A stretch of 63,178 nucleotides of DNA, the filler included, from Hausera hauseri (lineage: Eukaryota): assembly GCA_046269625.1 (NCBI GenBank). It is 12 parts of 12 records of this genome, joined end to end, with 100 filler letters (N's around TTAATTAATTAA, not from the genome) between each part and the next. Parts side by side here need not be neighbours in the genome. Positions count along the whole stretch, not along the records: positions 23,383 to 27,630 come from JBJURY010677439.1; positions 27,731 to 33,206 come from JBJURY010246293.1; positions 33,307 to 40,224 come from JBJURY010051552.1; 9 more parts are not named here. One strand, 5' to 3'. This document shows positions 23,383 to 36,880 of this stretch, piece by piece. Every line of letters starts with the position of its first letter. Position 1 is the stretch's first letter. The notes under the pieces are model-generated. The model was not told the DNA's origin and did not search any database. It worked only from the letters and a program-made list of their open reading frames with translations. A program made the translations under genes and the position numbers.

Positions 23383-26300
23383 TTGCTGTGGATATTTATA
23401 ACAAATTTAACAATGCTGTCTGAATGTAGTTCTCACGAAACCATTCTACAGTTTTAACAAATGTGATTCTGGCTTGATCATCCTGACTTCTTAGAAGACC
23501 CACACGATTAGTATTTTCTTTTACAAATGTGACTAGACGGATTGGAATAAGGTCTGGATTATTTTCAACGGCATCTTTTATGACAGTTAATTATTGAGAT
23601 ACCATGAGATTGCAGAGACTGACTCTTGATGCATCGTCAACGTATTCCATTTCAGATGTAAAGTCCACCAAATCGTGAAATTCTTCTTCAATACAGTAAA
23701 CGATGTAATTCATAAGAGACCATTTATCATCTGGCCTTCGACACTGGTAACATGTCGAGACTCTGTATTCGAAAATCACAGGCTTTACCACGCCTGGAAT
23801 CGTTCAATCTATTGCCAAATGCTAAAACAATTTCAAGAATTTTTTTTAAGCTTATGACTATCCATAATATTACGACACGCAAGCGTAACAATACTGATTT
23901 TCTCTTGAAGACCAAAGTAGGTTTCATCGAAGGCATCCATATATAAAATTGCTTTTAATTTCATTTCAACACGGTCCATACATAACAACAAGGCTACCAA
24001 ACGATCTTCTTCGGACAATACATTCAAATTATCCCCGGTAAAATCATGATACATATCAATTCCCTGATAACTGGGTAGTTGATATAACAATCGATCTGCA
24101 GCTTCCGAAGGCATATCAGAATTCGTTATTGAATAAGACAAAGGTCTACCCCAATCTCCAAACGTATTCGAATCCGAGTAAAGTAACTTTTCTTGCTTCA
24201 AAAATGATACCACAACCCTCAAATATTTTTGTCTGTTGGAATCTAAAAATGATATTTTGTCTGATTGGTCTGATTCTGGAACAACCTTCAATTCTGATGG
24301 TTTTCGTTTTATATTAGACAATTTAGCTTTTACACTAAACGTATCAATTGGAGGTATATCGTACTCATGTTCGACGGATGGAACTTTAAATATTTTTTCA
24401 AAACCATCAAGATCTAATTGGTTTTCAACATGACTTCCGTCGAGTTCTTCAAATACTGTGCCTTGTTGGTTCCGAAGAATATTCCATTTAATAAGTGGAG
24501 CATCTCCAGTAACACTAATACTTGACATTTCCATCAAATTCGATAAATTCCCATCTTTTTCATTCAGAACTGAGTCCAGTTCATCGGTAACCAATTTTTC
24601 AGCTTTGAGTATTGAAAACTCATCTATTTTAGAGACTAGATGATTGTCAGTAATTGACATAAATGAATTTCCATTCATTTGAAAAGGTGGAGGAGGAAGA
24701 CTGCTAAAGGGTAACGACGCACTGTCTATTGTATCCAGCGCATTATTTGACTGATCATTTACAATCATCGTTTCTCTTATTGGCAGTGGCGGATGAAGAA
24801 CATCAACATCACCGGACAACAATCGATGTCCTTGTGGGTGAATTTGGTTATATACACCGGTGTTTTGAGCAGCATTCGGAACAGTCAACTTCTTCAATTG
24901 ATCTTGAAGTTCATCAATCTGTCGTTTCATATCTGATTCGCGATCAGATAAATTGACGTTGATGTCACGGATTTTGGAGCGTAGAGATTCAACCAACAAC
25001 GAAAGTTCTTCTTCTCGGTGTTTTGCTTTCTCTAATTCCTTTTTAGCTTTTCTGACACGATCATCGGATTCCTTCATTTTTCGGGCTTTTTCACCATCAG
25101 CAAGGGTAAGGGCTTCTTGTAAACTACTAACGTCTTTCTCAAGACGTTCACATTCAGCAACGTATGCCTCTTTAGCTTCAGCATCTTCCAGCAGGACGCT
25201 ACAATCAACCATATTATCTATATATGCGTCGACCTGCCGATTCAATCTATCTCCGGGCCGTTCTTGTAATTTTTTTTAAAATCATCAAGCCCCAATAAAC
25301 TAAATTCAAACTGTGAATAAACCCGTAAATTTATGTTTTCCACCGAATGAACAATGATATTTATAAACTGCATATTGGAAACCGCATAATCGATATTGTA
25401 ATCATCAAGAGGAAGTGTTTCATGATGTCGATAATAGAACATTAGCGTTTCGAATCTCCTTTCTTCTCCAGTCATAGCTTTAAATAAATCAAATGCTTTT
25501 AAAACTCGTTCGTGACCACCTTCTATAAGGCAAACAGCAGATAGTAAGTCAAGAACGAGACTTTTTGTTTGATAACTTGGATGGAGAAGGCACATCGTTA
25601 CCACATTGATTGTGTCTTTATGTTCAAAGGCTAATCGGCAGCCTCTCTGATTGTTTAAGAGAGTTCTGAAACATTTCAGACTTAGATGAAGGCATTCCTT
25701 AATGGAATCAGCCATCGTTGTGTGAGATTTTGCAGATTTAGAAACCGAGCTTGCATTTCTACACAATCCTGAACTTCTGGACTTTGAAGAGTTCAACCGT
25801 GTGCTACTCCGAGACGAGCCGTCAAATATTCGCCTTAATGACTGATTCGCAGCACTGAGATAATCGTTTTCTGATCCGTTTTCTAAAACGGATCCAATGG
25901 TTGTTGGATAATTAGATATGCTGCTACTGCCGCCGAATACCGTCGGAGAGATTTGTATATCTTCTGTTTTTATCAAATGCAACAAAGTTTGAGACATGTA
26001 ATCGACCAAAGTTTCCAAGCCATTATGTTTCAGAAAATCATAGACCCATTCAACATTATTCGTACGTAACGAAATCTCTGTTGCTGATAAAATCTGTTTA
26101 GCACTCTGAAATTCATCCTTTCTCTTTGAATTTGTTATTTTATACGACTTCAGACCTTTGATCAAAGTGACATAATGAAATGCGGAACATTTCGGATTTT
26201 TTTGACTCGAAATTCAACAAAAGTTCAATTTTCTGTGGAGCTTCTAACTGTTCAATGTTTTGGATATTTTGCGGAGTAACGTCCAATGACTGAATAAATA

Positions 26301-26409
26301 CTTTCCATCGTCTATCAAAATCTTCTAAATTCTGGGGAGGTGCAGTGTCAGGGGTATTAGTGGAATATTTCATACGTGGATATGGGGAACTCTGTTGTGC
26401 GTTTCCCAT
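23383..26409 (-). pseudogene. FMNL: Formin-like (FMNL/FRL) protein: GBD/FH3, coiled coil, very short FH1, FH2; intronless and frameshifted
   Basis: N-terminal MGNAQ; EISLRTNNVEWVYDFL; TKSLVLDLLSAVCLIEGGHERVLKAFD; MQFINIIVHSVENINLRVYSQFEFSLLGLD; FH2 WNIL..GTVFEELD..LDLDGFEKIFK; LKKILEIVLAFGN. Confidence 0.9.
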
Positions 26410-28312
26410 GGCCATGCAATTATAAAACAATAGTTTTGTAAAGACCGTCTAACGGCCTCCAACTATCGGTGAATTATGCTCATTACCGCCTCCCGGTCCT
26501 CCGAACCCCGCCAGAGGTCATGCTGCTTCCACACACAGTCAGTGATTTTCCTTTTACTTATCTCAAACACGTTACACCTTACATTCACAATTGTCAATGA
26601 CTCATTCATTCCATACAACCCTTATTACCAAACAAATTCTTATGTACAATGCAGCCAAACATATAAACATTCATACATATGTATTTATTTATGTACATTA
26701 TTTACATCCCCTACTCCCTCACTTGTCTCATAGCTTCCCGGATTACCCAACTAGTCAGTCGGGTTCCAACAGCTTGATTATTTTGTCTTGAACTTCGAGC
26801 TTTTTAATCAAATTCCGAGAAAAGGATGGCTGTGCTTGTGAATATCTGTCATATTATTTAGGTTAATTCGATAATAATTTTTGATAGAAATTGATCTCTA
26901 AGAATCCGAATAAGTTCACTTATAAAAACGACGTTAGTTACAAAAACACTGCATATTTAAACAAATTTGCATCAATGGCTATTTTTATTGTTGGGTAAAT
27001 GTGGGCAAAGATGCACCACATAACTTCCCGGAAAAGTCAGTTTTGTTATGAGGGACCCAGCAGGGGTCATTCGCTAACCAGCACGTCGGCGGATTCTCCA
27101 CCGGTGGTGTTTCATCGCCGAGTATTTTCCGTTCTGCATCGTCCGCAATGAGACTGGAACCACCCTCAAGGAGATGTTTTGTGGGTTTGACCTTCGGCAA
27201 CGCAATATAATTGGACCGATTTTCGAATTCTGCTTATCGATATCTGAACTCGCGATCTTTCTAATTGTTTGGTGAGTTCGACTCGAAATGAACGGTAGTC
27301 AAAAAGGAATGAGAATTCTCGTTGGACTTCAAAAAAGCTCGTGAGAAAGTACTACAAAAATTGTTCAGACAATCGTCGTAATATGCCGTGATGGTGCTGC
27401 CGTCTACAACTTGCATTTCTTCATAAATAAAGGGTTTTAAATCAAGCGATGATGACGGTGCATCGGAAAAATGGCGCATTAGTAAATTGTGTTGTGACTG
27501 CGATGTCTCGTTCTGAATGGGAGGTGTATTGTCGTTGACAAACTGTCGTGGACGATCAGGTGTATCCGTGAATAGGTGTTTCAATTCGTACTCCTCACTG
27601 GTGTATCTTTTTCAACAAACGAAATTGTCTNNNNNNNNNNNNNNNNNNNNNNNNNNNNNNNNNNNNNNNNNNNNTTAATTAATTAANNNNNNNNNNNNNN
27701 NNNNNNNNNNNNNNNNNNNNNNNNNNNNNNCTGATTTATGGAATGGATGTTCCTTTTGCTTTTTGCATCTTCCGTAGTACACTGTAATGTTTTGTTCTTG
27801 AAAACTAAACGGTTTTCTACAGATATCCGCTTGATACGAACTCATAGATTGTTTATCGCATTCTTCATATAATGGGGCAGTTGGTGGTAATATCGGCAAA
27901 GATGGTTTTATAACGGAGTGTTGTGTTAGGAAAGTGAATATAAGAAATTTGTTATTTGGTTAGGTTCTTAATGTGCAAGAAATTTAATACTAAATATAAG
28001 AATGTTTTATGTATATTGTAAACATCGTAATTTTGTACCTTACAATATATTTAACTCTGAAGATATTAATAAAATGTTTAATATGGCCATTGACAGCTGT
28101 GTTGAGTTTAATAAAAATTAAATTATTTAGCATTTTTATAATCTGTAGTAATGAGTTATTCATAAGTAGTTATATAAAGAGGGTTATAGGCCGGACTGTC
28201 AAATTAAAAATTTTTTTTCATTCGCTCGCCCCACCATCGCTCGCCCATGAATTTTTGTAATTTGAAAAACCGACCCATACCTCTTCTTACGCAACTACTC
28301 AACAATTCAGTT

Positions 28313-28510
28313 ATGAAAATATTCAATAAAAATGGATAATCCGAAACTACTGATTTTAAATTCAAACAAAACCGAATTTCAAAACAAGCTATTCCCAAAT
28401 AATTTTCGTTTATTAATGATTGGGAGTTCAGGTTGTGGTAAAAATGTGTTGTAAATGCAAATTTTAACAGAACCAGATTTCTAAGGTTATGATAATTTAC
28501 TTTTCTTATC
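28313..28510 (+). pseudogene. Polinton packaging ATPase (A32/FtsK-like), N-terminal fragment
   Basis: LFPNNFRLLMIGSSGCGKNVL..ILTEPDF*GYDNL (Walker A). Confidence 0.65.
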
Positions 28511-29320
28511 TACAACAATAAATCGCCAAATAATTGTCGTCAAACAGTGCATCTTTGTAAAACGTAGTTGAACCTTTGGGTGTGGTGTAAAAGACGAGTT
28601 CTGTGCGCTGTATCATGTAACAGGCAATTTGTATTTCCAAGCCCAATCGATGTCCCATGAGCACAGATGGTTCTACCTTTACTCGACGTACATATAATTG
28701 TGCCTCAATAATTTTCAGTATGGGTTTGAGATTTGCAGCTGCGGTTTTCAAACAAAAGACAATGTCGCTGCGTTTGAGCTGAATAATGGCTTTAACACCG
28801 AGCAGTAGGTATTTTGGCTGATCGAAAAAGTCAAAGTAAAGCGGTCCACACATTGTAAGTGCTTTTGATTCTGCCACACCTGCCTGACGTTTTGCCGCTG
28901 TGGTGTCATATCCGATGGTTTTCGTCAAATGAGTCATTTTCGTGTCAGTACTGTAATTCAGAGCCGTTTTAATGAGTGCTTTGATAGTGTAAAGACTGGT
29001 GTTGCCTTTGATTTTGACGTTTTTAGAGTCAGTGAAGCTTCCTGGAACAGTGTGAGGAAAAGGTAATTGGCCGGTGTGGCAGTGTCTGTTGCAGCAAAAA
29101 CAGTTTGCGAATCCTTTTTAACAATGAATTTTACATAGAGTAGCGTATTGTTTAAATCCAGATATTCATTGTCCGATGTCATAATGTTAAATTGAATGTC
29201 AATGTTATCATCCGTTGAAACAGAATCAACGCGGTAAATTTCTTCAAATGCCGCATTGTCAATAACAACTTGTGGTGCGCCTTTGTCAAATATACACAGT
29301 TCAGATTTTTCAGATGCCAT
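28506..29320 (-). pseudogene. Polinton/adintovirus major capsid protein (double jelly-roll), 3'-truncated
   Basis: KSELCIF..PQVVI..IQFNI..EYLDLNNTLLYVK..NYLFLTLF; GPLYFDFFDQPKYLL.GV..IQLKRS..FCL; EAQLYVRRVKV.PSV. Confidence 0.85.
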
Positions 29321-29329
29321 TTGTCTGTC

Positions 29330-29690
29330 AATCAATCGAAAATCGTACGACGACGACGTTTGATTATAGTTAATGAGCTCGATGATCTGTACGGCCTTTT
29401 CTTAAGCCACCGCCAGCCAATTGTTTTTTTGACAGATTTAACGACTCCCGGTGCGACACTTTTTATTTCGGTCAAGGCGTGTTACATCAGCGATGGTAAA
29501 ATCGATTTTTTTAATATAGTACGTCCAGTGCTGTTTTTGCTGCCAGGGCTCCAATACGCTTCAACACTGGAAATGCTAAACGTGCCAATGTACTCAACCA
29601 CCCAGAGCCACACTGTTTACCAACGAAATATGGCAGTTTACCGCCTTGCTGGGGTTTACTGTAAATGGAAACGATTTCGGCATCAATCAT
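29330..29690 (-). pseudogene. Small Polinton virion core/membrane-active protein (not in ORF track)
   Basis: MIDAEIVSIYSKPQQGGKLPYFVGKQCGSGWLSTLARLAFPVLKRIGALAAKTALDVL: QxGxG then an amphipathic helix; basic tail KRRRRTIFD. Confidence 0.65.
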
Positions 29691-30790
29691 GTTGTTGTTG
29701 TTGGATTCGACGGAAATGAAGAATTAGACTGGTTGTAGTACCAAACTTAAATTCAATAAGGTAGCCCGCGTCACATTGAACATTCACTTCAACATTTTTA
29801 TAGATGTAGATGCCAAGTGTAGGTACATTGGATTATCGAGCTTGACAGCGACATTTTCGCCAGTAGTATACTTGCTGCTTTCCGGATAAATTGCACGGTG
29901 TAGCGGTATACGTACTCCACCGACCAAAATCGGTTTAGTGACGTTCACGTAAATGTACACATGATTTAGTCCAGTTGTTAGTTTGGGTTTAAGTGTTGAA
30001 ACATGTACCGTCTTTGTATTGGATGCTCAAACCGATGTTTTTCAAAACCCAATACCATAGCCAAAACTTTGTCCAATGAAATGTCAACAATATTCTTAGC
30101 CAGTTCAAATTTAATGTACCCATTTATATCTGACTCGAAAACTTTAAATATCTCATTATACTTTGGATTTAAAGAAGAAGAAAAGTGTTGACATAGATGT
30201 GCCACAGATTCACAATAGACATGGTCTTCAATCGATATATGGCGTTGATACCCTTTTTGCTGTATAGGTAAATTTCACCGTTGTCTGTTAATATGCGAGA
30301 CTTAATCTTGGACCAACTATATATTTACTTTCAATATGTTTACCTTTGTACTCGGTATTTTTGAATCCAAATTACTGCGCCATCTCGGAGGACTCAAAGG
30401 TAACAGGTAATTCAAAATCTGTCATAAAATGTAAGTTTCCCGGTAAAATGAAAACATCCATCTTGCTGCGTGAATCGTAATTTGCTTCGGTCGTGCAAAT
30501 GGCCGATTCTACAACTATCATTGTATTGTCAGTAAGCGTCAGAGGACACGAATGTGTTTTGGTTTTAGTAACAGTCTTGTTGTACGTTATTTTTATATTA
30601 TTTATCAATGTCACTGGTACGTAGGGAAAGTTAAATTCCGTCAGTGCAACCTCCCATTGTCCAGAAAAATCCAAAAATTTGCTCCAATCTACAATCTATT
30701 TACTGACTGAATTGCTCGAATTAGTTGTCGGACAACTATTGCTCGGCAACACCATGTAAATACTCGTGATCTCGATTATGATGATGATAG
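29683..30790 (-). pseudogene. Polinton minor capsid (penton) protein, copy 2
   Basis: IYMVLPSNS..DFSGQWEVALTEFNFP..VYIYVNVTKPILVGG..PMYL..LILHFRR. Confidence 0.75.
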
Positions 30791-30806
30791 TGATGACGCA
30801 GTTTGT

Positions 30807-31878
30807 TTATTGTCGACGACGTCGAAAATGTAACGTCAAATGTGAAGTTGACCCAAACAGAAATTTAACGGGTTTCCAAAATTCATCAAGCATATACACG
30901 GAAACACTGTGCACAATATTGTGAAACAATGATAAGTACATGGGTCTGAGCATATTAGCTTGAACAGTTTCACCCGATGTTTTGTAATTGCTAGAATCCA
31001 GTTCGATAGATGCCAGCAGTTGTTTAAGTTCTCCACCAACGAGTACGGAATCGGTTAAGTCCGTTAAAATGTTGATTCGGTGAAATGCTCCATAGAGTTG
31101 TGGTTTGTATTTGGCAACACTAGATCGTTCAACAATGTTTTGATAGAATTCGTGTTGTGGAAAACCAAGATTCCGAGCCAATAATTCATCAAAGGCAAAA
31201 TATGTAACATAGTCATGTAGTATAATCGAAATTTGACCATCTGCGTTTATTTCACATGTCTTTACGGCTAATGTAGCCATTTTCTTGACGTACTGACACA
31301 ATTCCAGTTCCTTTTCCATTAATAAGTCGTGCGAGACAATATATAAGCGTTAGACTGATTCTGACTTAGTCCACTGTACTGTAATATCGGATTCCGCATT
31401 GGATGAAAGGTTCAATTTTTCACCAATTATAATATGTCCACCTAGCAGTAGACGTTTTTAATGTACATTGACTGATTGAAACGCCCATATCTGAGCATCA
31501 GCTATAGAATTAAACTGTATTTCCATGGGACTTCGATGCATTAGTTTCATACGATAGTTTAAAAAATAAGCATAAACCGAGAAATGTTGTCGCGAATAAT
31601 TGCGAAGAATATATCGGTTATTGTGTCGGATTGTCCGAAAAAGACTTGAAATAGGGTACGTTTCTTTTCGGGTAAAGTAAATACCACTGTTCCGACGTAT
31701 TGTCATTGGTGAAAATTTAAATGTGAATTCTATCAAAGCCGCTTCCAGGCTCCCTGGCGTAAATCGACCGGTTGGTCAAGTGTATGGTATACTGTTTAGC
31801 GGTATTGTCGTTGTCGTCATGTTGTGATAATGATCTATTACTGTCAAGTACCAAGTAAATGCTGCTTCTGCTACTCAT
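30807..31878 (-). pseudogene. Polinton minor capsid (penton) protein, copy 1
   Basis: IYLVLDSNRS..NTAKQYTIHL..EAALIEF..LTDLTDSVLVGGELKQLL..PMYLSL..KPVKF..LTLHFRRR; its ATG overlaps the integrase stop (ATGA). Confidence 0.78.
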
Positions 31879-32899
31879 TGAATCTGTGATGCAAATGCAC
31901 AATTCGGCGTAGTGTATCCATTCCACTTGAGGCGATATTGTTTATTCGAACGTTTGCCACGAGAACGTAGAATTTTATGAATACGATATACGTTGGGTTT
32001 CTCGGGCAGTATCTGCAATTCCTGTTCGTAGAATTTAAGGCGCATTTCCTCGCTGTTTTCATCTTCTAAAACGTACATAACAGGTGTTTGTTTTGTGTTA
32101 TTGCCGAAATGCGGAAAGCCTCGTCTCTCAAGTTCTGATTGAAATTGTTAATGAATGGCGTCGTACCTATTTTCGAAATACGTACGTAAGCACCGATTTT
32201 ATATTTTTGGCGTTTAATTGCTTGTTGTCGGTTTTGATAATGCTACATGTCAAAATCATTGATTACGTCAACCGACCGTAATCCATTAATTCCACTATGT
32301 GTCGAATGATTGTATGCATGAATAATATCCGGCAGTACATCTACCCAGCGTTTGTTGCCTTGCTTTGTAAAGAATTTGTTAAGGCGACCGCGCAACATTT
32401 GATTAAATCGTTCAATGAGGGCAGCCGTGTATTGGGAATACATCGAGTAGTGGTATACGTCGAACCGTTTCAAGACCGGTGCAACGTGGGCGTTGTAGAA
32501 TTCCTTACCCAAATCCTTTTGTAAATGCTTCGGTTGTTATTGTTGTTGTTGCATCGGTGGCTGAACAGCGTCGGCAATTTCTTTACCGGATTTAGATTTC
32601 ACAGCAATTGCACGAGCAAAACGATTAAACACTTCAATGCAGTTGATTCTGTCGTACGGAATCATTTCCATTAGATTCATTTGCCATAAGTTATTTACAC
32701 AGGCAGCACGGTCTGCACGAGTCGGAAACCACGTTCTTATCGGTTTGTTTAGGCTGTATGTTAACTGTTTCCGGAGCCAATGTTGGGTCTGTTGCCGAAT
32801 TTGTTTGACAGTCTTTGCCAGTTTGTTAACGCCAGTATACCCGACGGGATAACGCGGGTCGAACCACGCGTTGCCCATCGTTGTCGTCGATAATACCAT
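31875..32899 (-). pseudogene. Polinton retroviral-like (rve) integrase with C-terminal chromodomain
   Basis: WFDPRYPVGYTG..WLRKQLTYSLNKP..LWQMNL..KSKSGKE..GKEFYN..AALIERFNQML..WVDVLPDIIHAYNHSTHS; KFYEQELQ..YRIHKIL..YRLKWNGY. Confidence 0.9.
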
Positions 32900-33021
32900 T
32901 TTTACTAGAATTACAATAATTAGAACGAAACGTAAATGAAAGATTCGGTAAACTGCGACAGAAAGATGAAAACCATGCAACAATATCTCCGAATCATCAT
33001 ATACTTACTGTCAATTTTTAT

Positions 33022-33206
33022 GCTATGCTGCAAAACCAATAAGTCCACCAAGAAATGACGTGACAATCGGTAGAATTGCACCAAGGAATCCGCCATCTTG
33101 CTGGTACGTGACCTCTCATTTCAGTCGTTTACTATGGACGTTGGCAAGGCCAGTGAGTCGTTTTCAATACTTTGGTAAATTCCGCTTTCCACTACCAATG
33201 TCAACG
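33022..33206 (-). CDS. C-terminus of a small Polinton core-type protein
   Basis: YQQDGGFLGAILPIVTSFLGGLIGFAA*, resembling the GG|F/I hydrophobic tail of adenovirus pX-type proteins. Confidence 0.55.
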
Positions 33207-33306
33207 NNNNNNNNNNNNNNNNNNNNNNNNNNNNNNNNNNNNNNNNNNNNTTAATTAATTAANNNNNNNNNNNNNNNNNNNNNNNNNNNNNNNNNNNNNN
33301 NNNNNN

Positions 33307-33379
<73 letters not shown>
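33307..33379 (+). repeat. (TG)n microsatellite
   Basis: Direct. Confidence 0.99.
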
Positions 33380-33380
<1 letters not shown>

Positions 33381-33989
33381 CTTGTTTTTACTACATGGTG
33401 GGGTCCAAAACCTGATTTTTCACTCACCTCGTGGGGTCCAGTTTTCCTCGTGGGGACCAAAATCCGGTCCCCACAGGCACAAGCATTGCAATCAATAGGA
33501 AAAGGCCTGCTGATATGCCTGATGAAGTTTTTGTGGAAAAAAAAAATGGTCCCCATAGGGTTGATTTTTCAGACATGGTGTGTGTTGACTTTTTCCCCTA
33601 GAGGTCCACGGGGGTATTGCAGTGTGTGAAACTGCACCCGTGGGGACAATTTCCTGACAAAGTGTGTAAACTCAATACATCAAAAAAATCCTATATCTTG
33701 GAAAAAAATATACTGCTTACTATAATTTTCATATTTTTAATGTACATAAACATCTTTGCTGAAAATAAGCAATCATATTTTTCAAATCACTACTGAAAAA
33801 GCAATATCAATGACAATCACACAGGAGTTGAATTTAACTACATAAGAGTTTTGGTCATTTTGGCTTGGTCCTCCAATGTTAGTTATGCTATTCTACTCTG
33901 CTTTTTGCTAACATTTTACTGCTTCTTTTGTTTTTTTCTCCTCTTCCTTTTGCATATTGTTGTTCTGCATTTTTTATGTCCGACTACCA

Positions 33990-34530
33990 GCTATCCATCT
34001 ATCTATTCTGTTCCGCTTGTTCTAAAGTGAGGTCTTAGTGACTTCAGCTTGAGCAGGAAAGCCCAGACCTTTCTTTCCCCAGCCACCGCTTCCACCTCTT
34101 CAGGGAGGAGTCCAAGGCATTCCCAGGTCTGCCGAGAGACGTAGTTTCTCCAGCGTGCCCTGGGTCTTTCTCAGGATCTCCTTCCAGTCGGACATGCCTG
34201 ACAAACCTCTCTAGAGAGATGTGCAGAAAGCATCCTTACCAGATGCCTGAACAACCTCAATTGGCTCCTCTCGATGTGGAGAAGCAGTGTTTCTACTCTT
34301 AGTCTCTATTGGACAACTAAACTTCTCACCATATCTCTGAGAGAGAGTCCAGAAAACTCAACTGCTTGTATCTGCAACCTCATTCTTTTGGTCACTACCC
34401 AAAGCTTGTGGCCACAGGTAAGGGTATGAACGTAAAAATGGAGTTTTGTCTTACAGCTTAGCTTCCTCTTCAATACAACAGACCAGAACAAAGTCCACAA
34501 CACTGCAGAAGCCACACCAATCTGTCAATG
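33990..34530 (-). mobile_element. RTE-clade LINE (Rex3/Expander-like) 3' fragment, teleost type
   Basis: ASAVLWTLFWSVVLKRKLSCKTKL..TLTCGHKLWVVTKRMRLQIQAVE..GLSLRD.VRS, plus the characteristic 3' region ending near ATCCATC. Confidence 0.8.
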
Positions 34531-35774
34531 TCATGATCCATTCCTTTTTATAAATCTACTGCCCTCCATGTCAGCCCCTAGCATGCTTAAATGGGGAAGA
34601 TTGTGATATAAAGGACATCAAAGATAAACACTTTTGCCGAGTTAATATATATGGCAATATAGTGCTGTTGCAAGTGTGAAAGCTAAGAGGCTAAACTTAG
34701 GGTTTCTAATTCATGAAGCAGCTCTGTTGTCCATACACAGGCTGAGTAATTTCTATATTCTCCTCTCTTTCACTGTGCTCTGGTTTCATTTAAAAGAGCT
34801 GATCTTCAGATATCGTCTTTCGGGCTGGATAAATGTTGCTCAAAGCCTTTCACTGATAACAATGTCTACATCAGCATTTACCCAGTATGCTTTGCGCTGT
34901 CAACAAAATGGCTCCCTCTGTGTGACAGTATATTTTATAAAGATTATAAAACTAAACAGTCTGCAGTGTTTTATTATTTATCTTAGTTACAATAAACATT
35001 TATCAAATAAAGTTTATGTAAATGTGGATCCCTTTATAACCATATCAGAGCCACCCAAACCATCCAAATGAGAAAAGTTGGTCTTCTATAACATTTTTCT
35101 CTGTAGCTAAAGCAGCTTGACTATTGATTTTGTAATACTATAAGTTTTTCTGGGTACCATGTGTAAGACTCATGTTGGTGTTGGTCCACTAGGCCTTAAT
35201 CTGGACTAATTTTTTAGGTGCCACATACAACAATGAGACTGTGACGGTCCCAAAGTGACACTTAAAGTATGCATTCAATTCAAATTTCACAAAAATATGA
35301 CTTAAACTTTACTGTAGTGAACAAAACATGATTTAATTTAGGCAGATTACATTGATAATAAACCCCATTTGTAAAAATACCCATAAACTCAAACATGCTA
35401 TTCACCACATTCCTAGGCTAAAGTTCCATCTTGTTAAGTGTACTTATAGGTTAGCTCTTTACATGTGCTGCACATACAAATGTTCAAATACCACAGATTA
35501 AAAGTTTGATCTATAATTAATAAAATATGTCAGTTAGTGCATGTGCAGGCAGATAAAAAAGGTTAAAAAATCTTGCAAAAGTTCCCTGTTGATGTAAAAA
35601 TGTATCGATATATCTGTAATATTTAGGTTGTTTGCCCCATATTTTCTAGGTTTTCCACCTAGAAAAATCCAACCAAATCTATATGGAAAAGGAACTTGTT
35701 CTTTTCATTCTGTGATTTTAATGCATGTGAGTCCATGTGTAAGGAGGTTAAGGAGCCAGCAAAGATGACATAGC

Positions 35775-36490
35775 CACCATCTTTGTTATTTTAACATTAC
35801 AAGGACAAAAAAAAGCCATAACTCACAACAACACCACCAACAACCCAGCAACTCCAAACTATATAACCAATAAAATAGTCATGTTACACTCATACTGTGT
35901 GAATTTGGTGATTCTACGGCTATGTTTAAGTACATATTACTGCCTCCAAAACTTAAAAAGGCCCCTATCTTGTTTTTTTTTTTACATTACAAGTATAAAA
36001 CAAGGCATAACTCTTGGTAGCAACAACATAACAACTTCAAATTATACAGACAGCAAGTTGAACATTTTACACTCATACTGTGTGAATTTGGTTATTCTAG
36101 GGCTATGTTTAGGAACATGAAACTGCTTTCAAATGTGACAAGTTCACCATCTTGGTTTTTAAAGATTAAAAACATAAAACAAGGCATAACTTCTAGTAGC
36201 AACAACAAAGTAACTTCAAATTATAGAGACAGCCAATTGGACATGTTACGATCACACAATGTGAATTTGGTGATTTTAGAGATATGTTTAAGTACATAAA
36301 ACTGCCTCCAAATATGACAAGGGTGCCATATTGTTTTTATTTAACATTCCAAATATAAAAAAACGCATAACACCTTACTGTAACAACCTACGAACTCCAA
36401 TTAATTGAGACAGCAACTTGAAAATCTCGCAATTGTGGTATGTGAATATATAGAGTCTGGGGCTATGTTTAGGTAAATATAACTGCTTTG
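35775..36490 (+). repeat. Four ~180-bp imperfect tandem repeats
   Basis: Recurrent gcataact...caacaac...aacttcaaattata...catactgtgtgaatttggtgattcta.ggctatgttta.g. Confidence 0.8.
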
Positions 36491-36880
36491 ACGTGTCACA
36501 CGCATCAAGAACCTCTTGTTTTCCTCTTTGCAGGTCTCTGTTTAATGGCAGATAAAATACAAAAGGGGCTATGCTTCATTTACTGAGAGTAAGAGCACAT
36601 CATTCTAAAAACTGTCCCTTCGGATAAAATGTCTCTACGTCACGCAGTGGAATCTCTCTATTTGGTTGACATGCTATGTCGAGCTGCTAAAGTTCAGATT
36701 TTCCAACTCCAATGTATGATGGGCATAACCCGCAAAACGAAACAAAGCACGTTGACCACAATTACACCACAGCACTTTCTGACGCTTCTTTATACACACC
36801 CATCATAAACTTCACATGTAAACCTGATGCTCAAAACATGTTTGGTGTGAATGGAGCAATAGAACTATCCAAGGCCTTTT

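Noticed and set aside
33251-33629. Poly-CV / poly-HT ORFs
   Set aside because: Translations of the (TG)n microsatellite
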